64,000 nucleotides of DNA from Altererythrobacter sp. Lineage in GTDB: Bacteria > Pseudomonadota > Alphaproteobacteria > Sphingomonadales > Sphingomonadaceae. The first letter of the stretch is position 1. Each line of letters begins with the position of its first letter. Made by a program: the position numbers and the translations under genes. The notes below the pieces were generated by a model. The model worked only from the letters and a program-made list of their open reading frames with translations, made no database searches and was not told the DNA's origin. The stretch spans positions 15,887 to 79,886 of the forward strand of contig JALRKY010000027.1 of NCBI GenBank assembly GCA_023260985.1, written 5' to 3'. Shown here piece by piece: positions 19,175-28,700 of the stretch.

Positions 19175-22100
19175 ATGGCTTCGAAGACCAGTGCTGTTCC
19201 CGGGAAATCTGCCAAGGCGGCCGCTGCGCCTCCAGAATCAGCCATGGCGACAGAGCTTGCGCGGTACATGCGCAATTCGATCCTTCCCGGCGACACGCCC
19301 TTCTTGCCAAATTCGCTGAAGCGGGCCGCCCAGTTCGTTCTCGACTCCGCGAGCGTGCGCGAGGCCGGTCGGTCGGCACTGTCGATGGTCTCGATCGCAG
19401 GGGACCGCCGCTGCCTGCGGATCGCAGTGATCAATGACGATATGCCTTTTCTGGTCGATTCTGTCGCCGCCGCCATCGCAGCGCAGGGCCTGGCAATTGA
19501 CCGGCTGGTGCATCCGGTGATTTCGGTAAAGCGTGATGCGACTGGGAAGCTTACCGCCTTTCCGAAAGACAAGGAAGCCGAAGGCGCGTCGCGCGAATCG
19601 ATGATTTATCTCGAAACCGAGCGGGTCGATGCACGCCAGCGCCGCGAGCTCGAGAAACGGCTGCGGGCAACGCTGACCGATGTCCGCGCCGCGGTGCAGG
19701 ACTGGACAAATATGCAGGCTGCGATGGCCGAGGACAAGGCCCGACTGAACAATCCGGAGAACGTCGCGCTGCTCGAATGGTTCAATTCGGGCATGCTCAC
19801 GCAACTCGGCCACCTTACTCGCAAGCGCGGTGGCGGCTATTCCAACCTGCTTGGCATCTGCCGCAAGAGCGCCCGCGATCTGCTGGCCGACAATTCCTAT
19901 GAGCGCGCCTTTGCCTGGTTCGAGCAAGGGCATCAGGACGGCAGGCTGTGCGAACTGCTGATCGTCAAGTCCAACCGCGTCGCGAATGTCCATCGCCGGG
20001 TGCCGCTCGACCTCTTCATCGTGCCGATCCGCGAGAACGGGAAGATCACTGCGCTTTCGGTCCACGCCGGCCTGTGGACCAGCGCCGCTCTGGCAAGCCC
20101 CCCCTACCAGATTCCCCATTTGCGTCGTGCACTGGGCGAAGTCGCCGACAAACTCGGCTTTCGTTCGGGCGGCCATGCCGGCAAGGCGCTGGTCCATGCC
20201 TTCACGGCACTCCCGCACGATCTCCTGATCGGGTTCAAGCCCACCGACCTTGAGCGCATTGTGACCACCATGATGAGCCTGGTCGACCGGCCGCGCCCAC
20301 GCCTTGCGCTGGTAGAGGCACCGCTCGCCCGCCACCTGTTTGCCTTCGTGTGGTTCCCGCGGGACATGGTTTCGACCCAGGTCCGCCAGCAGATCGAAGG
20401 CATGCTGACTCATCAAGAGGGCATTGAACTGCTCGACTGGAGCCTCGAAGTCGAAGGCGGCAATTTGGCGATGCTGCGCTTCGTGCTCGATATCCGCTGC
20501 TCAACTAGCCCGCTCGACGAAGCCTTGCTCGAAACGCATCTGCAAGACATGTTGCGCGGCTGGGGCGAGGCGGTCGAACAGCACCTGGCGCAGATGGAGG
20601 ATCCATCCCGCGCTGCCGCGATTGCGGCGCGCTATGCGCCGGCATTCCCGGTCAGCTATCGCACCGAACATGGCGCTGCCGAAGCGGCGATCGATATCTG
20701 CCGGTTGCGCAGGCTGATCGCCAATGAAACGCGCGCGCGCGACGCGCGTCTTTGCCACCTGCCGGGCGATCCCTCGGTCCAATTACGGCTAAAGGTATAC
20801 CAGCAGGAAGGTGCCTTGCCGCTGTCCGACGCCGTCCCGGCGCTTGAGAATTTCGGTTTCCGCGTACTCACCGAAGTGCCGACCTCGCTCGACCATGGCG
20901 AGCTCGGCACGATCCACGATTTCACGCTCAGCCTGCCCGACGGCGAAGATGGAGAAGCGCTGCTTGCGCGCGCCGCAATCATCGAAGATGCGATTGCAGG
21001 GGTGCTCAGCGGCGAAAGCGAAAACGACCCGTTCAACCGGCTGGTGATCGGCACCGGCTTGCTGGCGCATCAGGCGGCCTGGCTGCGCGCCTTCTATCGA
21101 TATTTGCGGCAGGCCGGCATCAGCTACACGATCTATACTGTGGTAGATGCCTTGGCGCAGGCCCCGCAGGTGACGCGCGAGATGATCGCGCTGTTCCGCG
21201 CGCGCCACGATCCAGATTTCGGAAACGACCGTGAAAAGGCGGCCCAATCCGCACGCGACGGAATCCGCCGAGGTCTCGCCAAGGTCAGCGCGATCAACGA
21301 CGACCGCCTGTTGCGCCTCTACCACGCGCTAGTCGAAGCGATCCTGCGCACCAACGCTTTTGCCCCGGCGGCTGAGGAAGCGCTGGCATTCAAGATCAAT
21401 TCCTCGCTGGTGCCCAACCTGCCGAAGCCCGTGCCGTGGCGCGAGATCTGGGTGTATTCGCGCCGTGTCGAAGGCATCCATTTGCGCGCGGGCCCGATCG
21501 CCCGTGGCGGCCTGCGTTGGTCCGACCGCCGCGACGACTTCCGCACCGAGATCCTCAGCCTGATGAAGGCGCAGAAGGTCAAGAACGCGGTAATCGTTCC
21601 TTCAGGCGCAAAGGGCGGCTTCTATCCCAAGCTGCTGCCTTCGCCGCAGAAAGACCGGGCTGGCTGGGCCGCAGAAGGCCAGGCCAGCTACGAAGTGTTC
21701 ATCCGCACGCTGCTGTCGGTCACTGACAACCTTGTGCGCGGCAAGGTTGTACACCCTGAGCGCGTTCAAGTGCTCGATGGCGAAGACCCCTATTTCGTGG
21801 TCGCTGCCGACAAGGGAACGGCGCGCTTTTCGGACGTCGCCAATGGCATCGCGCAAGCACACAATTTCTGGCTGGGCGATGCTTTCGCCAGCGGCGGCTC
21901 GAACGGCTACGACCATAAGGCGATGGGCATCACCGCCAAGGGCGCCTGGGTGTCGGTGCAACGCCACTTCCTCGAAATGGGCGTCGACGTGCAGCGCGAT
22001 CCGGTCCGCGTGGTCGGCTGCGGCGACATGTCGGGCGACGTGTTCGGCAATGGCATGCTGCTTTCGAAGGCAGTCAAGCTGGTGGCCGCATTCGACCACC

Positions 22101-23887
22101 GCCACATCTTCATCGATCCCGATCCCGATCCGGCGAAGAGCTGGAAGGAACGCCAGCGGCTCTACGACCGCCCGGCTTCAAGCTGGGAAGACTACAAGGC
22201 GGACCTGATCTCGAAGGGCGGCGGCGTCTATCCACGAAGCGCGAAGAGCATCAAGCTGTCGAAGCAGGCGCGCAAGGCACTCGATATCGAAGCGATCGAG
22301 CTCGATCCCGATGCGTTGATCAGTGCGATCCTGAAGGGCCCGGTGGACCTGATCTGGTTCGGCGGCATCGGCACCTACATCAAGGCCGAAAGCGAAAACA
22401 ACGTCCAGGTCGGCGACCCGGCCAATGACGCGCTACGTGTCGATGCCGGGCAGCTCCGCGCACGGGTGATCGGCGAAGGCGCCAACCTTGGCGTGACACA
22501 GGCCGGCCGTATCGCCTTCTCCCTCAAGGGCGGACGCATCAACACCGACTTCATCGACAATTCGGCGGGCGTCGATTGCTCGGACAATGAAGTCAACATC
22601 AAGATCGCGCTGGCCGCCGCCGAACAGGCCGGCAAGCTGACGCCGAAGAAGCGCAACAAGCTGCTCGAAGACATGACCGACGAGGTCGCGGCCATCGTGC
22701 TAGAAGACAACCGGCTTCAGGCACTGGCGCTGTCGATCGCCGAAATGGGCGGGGTGCAGGCCACCGCTTCGCATGTCCGCCTGATTGAGAAGCTCGAGGA
22801 GATGGGCGCGCTTGATCGCAAGACCGAAGGGCTGGCCGATCACGATACCTTCTCGCGCCGCGCGAGCGAGGGCAAGGGGCTAACCCGCCCCGAGCTGGCG
22901 ATCCTGCTGTCATCGGCCAAGCTGGTGCTGCAGGATGCGATCGAACAAAGCGAGCTGGTGCGTGAAAAGGCACTGGAACCGCTCCTCATCGGCGCTTTCC
23001 CGCAAGCGCTCCAGCATTCCTACCGCGCGGAGATCCTCGGTCACCGCCTGCGCAACGAGTTGATCGCCACCAAGCTGGCCAATCGCATTATCAACCGCAT
23101 GGGGCTGATCCATCCGTTCGAACTGGCCGAGGAGGAAGGGGTGAGCCTGGCGCAGGTCGCGTCTGCCTTCGTGGCGGTCGAGGATTTGTTAGGCGTTGGT
23201 GGAATCTGGCCTGCAATCGAAACCGCCGACATGTCCGAAACGGCGCGGCTGACGCTGCTCGAACGGGCCGCCGCCGCAATGAGCTCTCACATGGCAGACC
23301 TTATTCGCCATAGCGGCGCGAGCGTCGCTCCGAGCGAACAGGTCAAGGCGCTGGGCAAGGGCATGGCCTTGCTCGAACAGCATTCGGAACAATTGCTCTC
23401 GCCCGCAATCCGCCGCCGCTCGGCGCAATTGTGCGAGCACTTCGTCGACCTTGGTTCGCCGCGCACGCTCGCGGGCAAGGTGGCCCATCTGTTCGAGATC
23501 GACGGTTCGATCGGCCTCGCCGGGCTGGCGCGCGACAGTGGCATCGCGCCGCATGTGCTGGCGCACGCCTTCATCGAGCTCGGGGCAAGGCTGGGGCTCG
23601 ACTGGGCGCAACAGACCGCCGAGGACATGGCGCCTTCCGATCCGTGGGAGCGCCTGCTGGTCAACGGCCTAGCGCGCGACTTCCAGCACATGCGGCTCGA
23701 TTTCCTGCGGCGGCGGGCCAATCGCAAGGCGGGGCCGGCGGGTGCGGTGCAGCAATGGCTCGAACAGCATGAATCGTCGGTGTCCCAATTCCGTTCGATG
23801 ATTGGGCGCGCGCAACTACACACGCCGGTTGCCCCGGCAGTGCTGGCGCAGATCGCGATCCAGGCACGCAATCTGCTCGAACGCTGA
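19175..23887 (+). CDS. gdhB: large NAD-specific glutamate dehydrogenase (about 1570 aa class)
   Basis: Size, and the catalytic core RGGLRWSDR, MKAQKVKNAVIVPSGAKGGF, VVAADKGTA, GYDHKAMGITAKGAW, GCGDMSGDVFGNGML, INTDFIDNSAGVDCSDNEVNIKI. Confidence 0.93.
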   Translation: MASKTSAVPGKSAKAAAAPPESAMATELARYMRNSILPGDTPFLPNSLKRAAQFVLDSASVREAGRSALSMVSIAGDRRCLRIAVINDDMPFLVDSVAAAIAAQGLAIDRLVHPVISVKRDATGKLTAFPKDKEAEGASRESMIYLETERVDARQRRELEKRLRATLTDVRAAVQDWTNMQAAMAEDKARLNNPENVALLEWFNSGMLTQLGHLTRKRGGGYSNLLGICRKSARDLLADNSYERAFAWFEQGHQDGRLCELLIVKSNRVANVHRRVPLDLFIVPIRENGKITALSVHAGLWTSAALASPPYQIPHLRRALGEVADKLGFRSGGHAGKALVHAFTALPHDLLIGFKPTDLERIVTTMMSLVDRPRPRLALVEAPLARHLFAFVWFPRDMVSTQVRQQIEGMLTHQEGIELLDWSLEVEGGNLAMLRFVLDIRCSTSPLDEALLETHLQDMLRGWGEAVEQHLAQMEDPSRAAAIAARYAPAFPVSYRTEHGAAEAAIDICRLRRLIANETRARDARLCHLPGDPSVQLRLKVYQQEGALPLSDAVPALENFGFRVLTEVPTSLDHGELGTIHDFTLSLPDGEDGEALLARAAIIEDAIAGVLSGESENDPFNRLVIGTGLLAHQAAWLRAFYRYLRQAGISYTIYTVVDALAQAPQVTREMIALFRARHDPDFGNDREKAAQSARDGIRRGLAKVSAINDDRLLRLYHALVEAILRTNAFAPAAEEALAFKINSSLVPNLPKPVPWREIWVYSRRVEGIHLRAGPIARGGLRWSDRRDDFRTEILSLMKAQKVKNAVIVPSGAKGGFYPKLLPSPQKDRAGWAAEGQASYEVFIRTLLSVTDNLVRGKVVHPERVQVLDGEDPYFVVAADKGTARFSDVANGIAQAHNFWLGDAFASGGSNGYDHKAMGITAKGAWVSVQRHFLEMGVDVQRDPVRVVGCGDMSGDVFGNGMLLSKAVKLVAAFDHRHIFIDPDPDPAKSWKERQRLYDRPASSWEDYKADLISKGGGVYPRSAKSIKLSKQARKALDIEAIELDPDALISAILKGPVDLIWFGGIGTYIKAESENNVQVGDPANDALRVDAGQLRARVIGEGANLGVTQAGRIAFSLKGGRINTDFIDNSAGVDCSDNEVNIKIALAAAEQAGKLTPKKRNKLLEDMTDEVAAIVLEDNRLQALALSIAEMGGVQATASHVRLIEKLEEMGALDRKTEGLADHDTFSRRASEGKGLTRPELAILLSSAKLVLQDAIEQSELVREKALEPLLIGAFPQALQHSYRAEILGHRLRNELIATKLANRIINRMGLIHPFELAEEEGVSLAQVASAFVAVEDLLGVGGIWPAIETADMSETARLTLLERAAAAMSSHMADLIRHSGASVAPSEQVKALGKGMALLEQHSEQLLSPAIRRRSAQLCEHFVDLGSPRTLAGKVAHLFEIDGSIGLAGLARDSGIAPHVLAHAFIELGARLGLDWAQQTAEDMAPSDPWERLLVNGLARDFQHMRLDFLRRRANRKAGPAGAVQQWLEQHESSVSQFRSMIGRAQLHTPVAPAVLAQIAIQARNLLER

Positions 23888-23946
23888 GCGCTCGCCACGC
23901 ATTGCAGACTTGACGGCGCGGGCTTTTGCAGCGAGCCAGTGCCGCC

Positions 23947-25176
23947 ATGGATAAAGCAGACGTCGTGATCGTGGGTACGGGCCACGGTGCAGCGCAGGCG
24001 GCGATCGCGCTGCGCCAGCAGGGGCATGATGCAACAATCATAATGGTGGGGCGCGATTCCGAGCCCCCCTATGAGCGCCCGCCGCTTTCCAAGGAATACC
24101 TTGCCGGGGAGAAACCGTTCGAGCGGATCTTGATCCGCCCGGCGCAGTTCTGGGCAGGCAAGAACGTCCAGCTGAGGCTGGGTCACGCGGCCACCGAAAT
24201 CGACCCGGCAGCACACGAAATCGGGCTCAGCGACGGGTCCAGGATCGGCTACCGCAAATTGGTGTGGTCAGGCGGAGGCAACCCGCGCCGCCTTTCGTGC
24301 GCCGGAGCGACCCTCAAGGGCGTGCATGCGGTGCGCGACAAGCGCGACGTCGATGCGATCATGGCGCAGCTTGACGACGGCACGAAACGCTTCGTGGTGA
24401 TCGGCGGCGGCTATATCGGGCTGGAGGCGGCTGCCGTGCTGCGCAAGCTCGAGTGCGAAGTGACGCTGCTCGAAGCCTTGCCGCGTGTCCTGGCAAGAGT
24501 CGCAGGCGAGGAATTGTCGCGCTTCATCGAAAGCGAACACCGTGCACGTGGCGTCGACCTGCGGCTGGGCGCCATGGTCGAAGCGATCGAAGGCGAAGAC
24601 GACCATGTCACCGGGGTCCGGATAGGCAGTGGCGAAACGATCCCCTGCGATGCGGTGATCGTGGGGATCGGCATCGTGCCCGCTGTCGGCCCGTTGATCG
24701 CCGCCGGTGCGGCGGGATCGAACGGGGTCGACGTTGACATGTATTGCCGCACCACGCTCGATGACGTTTTCGCGATCGGGGACTGTGCCGCGCACGCCAA
24801 TCCCTTTGCCGACCAGGCCGTGATCCGGCTCGAATCGGTGCAAAACGCCAATGACATGGCGAACACCGTCGCGCTTGCGATTATGGGCGACAAGCAGCCC
24901 TATCATGCGCTGCCGTGGTTCTGGTCGAACCAGTATGACCTCAAGCTGCAGACCGCCGGCCTGTCGGTCGAACATGACCAGACAGTGTTGCGTGGCGATC
25001 CGGCCGAGCGGAAATTCAGTGTGGTCTATCTCAAGGAAGGCCGCCCGATCGCCTTCGACTGCGTCAACAACACCAGAGATTACGTCCAAGGGCGCAAGCT
25101 GATCGAAAGCGATGTGCGCAAAGTTGACCTAGCTTTGCTGGCGGACCCTGAAGTGCAGCTCAAGGAGCTGCTCTGA
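23947..25176 (+). CDS. ferredoxin--NAD(P)+ reductase (putidaredoxin-reductase-like FAD oxidoreductase)
   Basis: [15 protein letters not shown] fold, [28 protein letters not shown] fold, [15 protein letters not shown]. Start at ATG 23947. Confidence 0.86.
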   Translation: MDKADVVIVGTGHGAAQAAIALRQQGHDATIIMVGRDSEPPYERPPLSKEYLAGEKPFERILIRPAQFWAGKNVQLRLGHAATEIDPAAHEIGLSDGSRIGYRKLVWSGGGNPRRLSCAGATLKGVHAVRDKRDVDAIMAQLDDGTKRFVVIGGGYIGLEAAAVLRKLECEVTLLEALPRVLARVAGEELSRFIESEHRARGVDLRLGAMVEAIEGEDDHVTGVRIGSGETIPCDAVIVGIGIVPAVGPLIAAGAAGSNGVDVDMYCRTTLDDVFAIGDCAAHANPFADQAVIRLESVQNANDMANTVALAIMGDKQPYHALPWFWSNQYDLKLQTAGLSVEHDQTVLRGDPAERKFSVVYLKEGRPIAFDCVNNTRDYVQGRKLIESDVRKVDLALLADPEVQLKELL

Positions 25177-26221
25177 GCCTTTCTGCGGCCCATCCGGCGG
25201 CCTCCGCCACCACCGGATCGGGATCGCCCATTAAGGGCTCCACTTGCGCCAGCAACGAAGGGTCCGCGCTGTTCCCCGCGGCGTAGAGGCAGTTGCGGAC
25301 GAAGCGATTGCGCCCGATCCGCTTGATCGGCGAGCCAGAGAAAAATGCACGAAAGCCCGCATCGTCGAAGGCCAGGAAATCGGCAAGGCGCGGCGCGACA
25401 AGTTCCGCGCGCGGCAGGAAATCGCGATTGGCATGCGCCGCCGAAGCGAACTTGTTCCACGGACACACGCTAAGGCAATCGTCGCAGCCATAGATGCGGT
25501 TGCCCAACGCGCTCCTGAATTCTTCTGGGATCGGCCCCTTGTGCTCGATCGTGAGATAGGAAATGCAGCGCCGCGCATCGAGCCGGTAAGGCGCGGGGAA
25601 TGCTGCCGTCGGGCACGCCAGTTGGCAGGCATCGCACGAGCCGCAACGGTCGCCATGCGGCGCATCGGGTTCCAGTTCGAGCGTGGTGTAGATCGCCCCA
25701 AGGAACAGCCAGTTGCCATGTGTGCGGCTGACCAGATTCGTATGCTTGCCTTGCCAGCCGAGCCCCGCCGCCTGCCCCAACGGCTTTTCCATCACCGGCG
25801 CAGTATCGACGAAGACCTTCAGCTCGGTGCCGGGCGCTTGTTCCACCAGCCAGCGTGCCAGCGCCTTGAGCCGTTTCTTCACCGTGTCATGATAGTCTTT
25901 CCCGCGCGCGTAGACCGAGATGCGCGCTTTCTCCGGATAGGCTTCGAGCGCCAGGGGGTCGTCCGCAGGGGCATAGCTCATGCCCAAGGCAATCACGCTT
26001 TTCGCTTCGGGCCAGAGCGATTGCGGCCCGCGCCGCACATCGGCCCTGCTCTCCATCCACTCCATCGTGCCGTGTAAGCCCTCGCCCAGCCATTCGTCGA
26101 GCCTGCGCGCGGCAAGCGGGTCGTCGCGCGCCGGGGCAATGCCGATCGCCACGAAGCCGAGCGCCCTAGCTTTCGCCTTCAACCTTTCCGCCAGGCTGGC
26201 ATTTGTTGCGACGTTAACCAC
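25160..26221 (-). CDS. queG: tRNA epoxyqueuosine(34) reductase
   Basis: [16 protein letters not shown] and [11 protein letters not shown] 4Fe-4S motifs, [11 protein letters not shown]-terminal HEAT-like region. GTG start at 26219-26221. Confidence 0.9.
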   Translation of the reverse strand: MVNVATNASLAERLKAKARALGFVAIGIAPARDDPLAARRLDEWLGEGLHGTMEWMESRADVRRGPQSLWPEAKSVIALGMSYAPADDPLALEAYPEKARISVYARGKDYHDTVKKRLKALARWLVEQAPGTELKVFVDTAPVMEKPLGQAAGLGWQGKHTNLVSRTHGNWLFLGAIYTTLELEPDAPHGDRCGSCDACQLACPTAAFPAPYRLDARRCISYLTIEHKGPIPEEFRSALGNRIYGCDDCLSVCPWNKFASAAHANRDFLPRAELVAPRLADFLAFDDAGFRAFFSGSPIKRIGRNRFVRNCLYAAGNSADPSLLAQVEPLMGDPDPVVAEAAGWAAERLRAAP

Positions 26222-26265
26222 GCTTGGGGTTGCTCCCGTTTAGCCCTCACAGTTAACAGGGCTCG

Positions 26266-27199
26266 ATGGAAAATGCGTTTGGCGACATGGCGGTAGGCGA
26301 TCAGGCACAGCTGGGCAATCGCGCCGATGCGGCGCGCCCGCTCGCGATCGTCGCGGGTTCGCTCGAGGAGCCGGCACTTTTCGGCACGCCCGGGCAGGTC
26401 GCGCGCTGGGAAGGGCCGGTGGCGCTGCTTGCTGCCAATGCCGCCGCATCCGAACCCGTCAGCCTGCCGACGGTAGAATCGCAGCTGGTTACCACGACCG
26501 CAGTGGCGGTGCGGAGCGACCGGATCCGCACTGCGCAGGCCGCGCAGATGATGCTGTTCCTGCTCACCATGCTGCTCGTAGGCATGGTGCTGTCAAACCT
26601 CGTCGAAGAAAAGGCCAACAAGATCATCGAAATCCTTGCCGCCGCGATCCCTATGGATGCGTTGTTCCTGGGCAAGCTCTTCGCTATGCTGGCGGTCTCG
26701 CTGGTCTGGAGCGGCGTATGGGGCGCGATCGGCTTTAACCCCGCCAATCTGCCCGCGCCCGCGGTTGGCTGGCCGATGTTCGTCCTGCTGGGCGTGCTCT
26801 ATTTCGCGATGGCCTATTTGCTGCTCGGGGCGCTGTTCCTGACCATCGGGGCGATGGCGGCGACGGTGCGCGAGGTCCAGACGCTGTCGATGCCAGTCAC
26901 CATGATGCAGCTGATAGTGTTTTTCCTTGCTGCCTATGTGATCACTCAGCCCGGTTCGGCGCTGGAGATGCTGGCCATCGTCTTCCCGCTTAGCCATGCT
27001 GGCGCGTACGGCGCTGCAGGAGACATTGTGGGTCCACGCCGCGGCGCTTGCCTGACAGGGGCTGATGGTGGCGCTGATCGTCAAGGGCGGCTCGACCCTG
27101 TTCCGCCGCCTCGTGATGAAACCGGGCGCAGCGGGGCGCGACCAGCCGGCCCGGCGCCGCTTCGCATTAGGGAAGCGAGCGGCCGATGCCGCAAAATAG
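26266..27199 (+). pseudogene. remnant of an ABC-2 type transporter permease (5'-truncated, frameshifted, internal TGA)
   Basis: NLVEEKANKIIEILAAAIPMDALFLGKLFAMLAV and downstream TM helices are ABC-2 permease-like. The N-terminal TM/loop is missing (queG starts 45 nt upstream). The membrane-like reading continues only in the +1 frame from about 26987 (AMLARTALQETLWVHAAALA), hits TGA at 27053-27055, then reads QGLMVALIVKGGSTLFRRLVMK to TAG 27197-27199. Confidence 0.6.
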
Positions 27200-27217
27200 G
27201 TTCCGAATCGCAACTCA

Positions 27218-27239
27218 CTATTGACATTGCTGTCAATAG
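27218..27239. promoter_or_regulatory. perfect inverted repeat CTATTGACA-TTGC-TGTCAATAG upstream of CYP153 (candidate operator or 5' hairpin)
   Basis: 9-bp arms and a 4-nt spacer, read directly. It contains TTGACA and ends 19 nt before ATG 27259. Confidence 0.5.
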
Positions 27240-27258
27240 CGGCAGGATGGAGCCAGAA

Positions 27259-28632
27259 ATGCAGCGGCCGACAGAGTCGCTCAGCACGGAGAGAAGAATG
27301 GCCTCGATCGCCCCCGAACGCCCGCAAGTGCGTCGCTCGCCCACCGCCTTCGAGGCTTTGCGCGAACATTTGAAGACGCATCCTGACGAACGGCTGGTGC
27401 ACACGCACAAGTGGGACGTGAGCCGCTCCGACATCTATTTCGAGGATACCTGGCAGCCGATCTTCAAGGAAATGCGCGAAGCAGGTCCGCTGCATTACAT
27501 CCCGGCAAGCCCCTTCGGCCCCTATTGGGCGGTCGTGCAGCACAAGGCGATCCAGCATATCGAGGCCCTACCTGAAATCTTCTCTTCCAGCTGGGAGCAT
27601 GGCGGGATCACCATCCTTGAGCGGCTAAGCGAGGAAGAGCTCGCGGCTCGTGGCGCCGAGCGCCGCGAACTGCCGATGTTCATCGCGATGGACCGGCCGC
27701 AGCACACCGGCCAGCGCCGCACCGTTGCACCCAAATTCACCCCCAGCTCGATCACCGACATGGAAGCGGAAATTCGCCAGCGCACCGGCGAATTGCTCGA
27801 CACACTTCCGCGCGGCGAAGTGTTCGATTGGGTCGACAAGGTCTCGATAGAACTGACCACCGGCATGCTGGCGATCCTGTTCGGCTTCCCCTGGGAAGAC
27901 CGCCGCCTGCTTACTTTCTGGTCGGACTGGTCGGGCGATACCGAACTCGCCACCGTGCGCGAGCTCGACGAAATGCGCTGGGGCATCCTGCAGGAGATGT
28001 TGGCCTATTTCCAATCTCTGTGGATCGAACGGACCCATCAGGACGGCGGCGAAGACCTGATCTCGATGATGATCCATTCGGATTCGATGAACCAGATGAG
28101 CCCGCAGGAATTCATGGGCAATCTGATCTTGCTGATTGTGGGCGGCAACGACACCACCCGCAACACCATGAGCGGGATCATCCATGCCTTCGACAAATTC
28201 CCTGACCAGCGCAAGCTGTTCGAGGAGAACCCCGATCTCATTCCCAATGCGGTGCAGGAATGCATCCGCTACCAGACGCCGCTTGCGCATATGCGCCGCA
28301 CCTGCACCGAAGACACCGAAGTGTTCGGCCAGCATGTGAAGAAGGGTGACAAGGTGGTGCTGTGGTACCTTTCTTCCAATCGCGACGAGGAAGTGTTCGA
28401 CAATGCGGACAAGCTCGACATCGCGCGCGAGAATGCCCGCCGCCACATCGCCTTCGGCTATGGCATCCACCGCTGCGTCGGGGCTCGCCTTGCCGAGCTT
28501 CAGCTGCGCGTTCTGCTTGAGGAAATGCACAAGCGCCATATGCGGGTGCATGTCGCAGGCGACGTCGAGCGGGTGCGCGCCAACTTCGTGCACGGCTTCC
28601 GCAAGCTCGAAGTCGAGATCACCAGCTTCTGA
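27259..28632 (+). CDS. cytochrome P450, CYP153 family (soluble alkane/terminal hydroxylase type)
   Basis: CYP153-signature I-helix LLIVGGNDTTRNTMSG, ECIRYQTPLAHMRR, heme loop HIAFGYGIHRCVGARLAELQL, C-terminal RANFVHGFRKLEV. Start at ATG 27259 preceded by GGAG (ATG 27247 is possible). It sits in the same open frame as the upstream remnant, giving a 788-aa ORF. Confidence 0.9.
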   Translation: MQRPTESLSTERRMASIAPERPQVRRSPTAFEALREHLKTHPDERLVHTHKWDVSRSDIYFEDTWQPIFKEMREAGPLHYIPASPFGPYWAVVQHKAIQHIEALPEIFSSSWEHGGITILERLSEEELAARGAERRELPMFIAMDRPQHTGQRRTVAPKFTPSSITDMEAEIRQRTGELLDTLPRGEVFDWVDKVSIELTTGMLAILFGFPWEDRRLLTFWSDWSGDTELATVRELDEMRWGILQEMLAYFQSLWIERTHQDGGEDLISMMIHSDSMNQMSPQEFMGNLILLIVGGNDTTRNTMSGIIHAFDKFPDQRKLFEENPDLIPNAVQECIRYQTPLAHMRRTCTEDTEVFGQHVKKGDKVVLWYLSSNRDEEVFDNADKLDIARENARRHIAFGYGIHRCVGARLAELQLRVLLEEMHKRHMRVHVAGDVERVRANFVHGFRKLEVEITSF

Positions 28633-28700
28633 TAAATTGAAACCATTCCGGCGTCCGGTTCGTATATAGTGTCATGAGACCTCTATACGGACAGCATGTC

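Noticed and set aside
22115-22132. A GATCCC x3 tandem hexamer.
   Set aside because: It lies inside gdhB and simply encodes Asp-Pro repeats (IDPDPDPAK). It is in-frame, too short to be a repeat array, and has no spacer structure.
26266-28632. A 788-aa ORF that could be read as a membrane-anchored permease-P450 fusion protein.
   Set aside because: The middle about 90 codons (GAYGAAGDIVGPRRGACLTGADGGADRQGRLDPVPPPRDETGRSGARPAG...) are Arg/Gly/Pro junk. The real permease C-terminus is in another frame with an internal TGA. The P450 has its own ATG with a GGAG SD at 27259.
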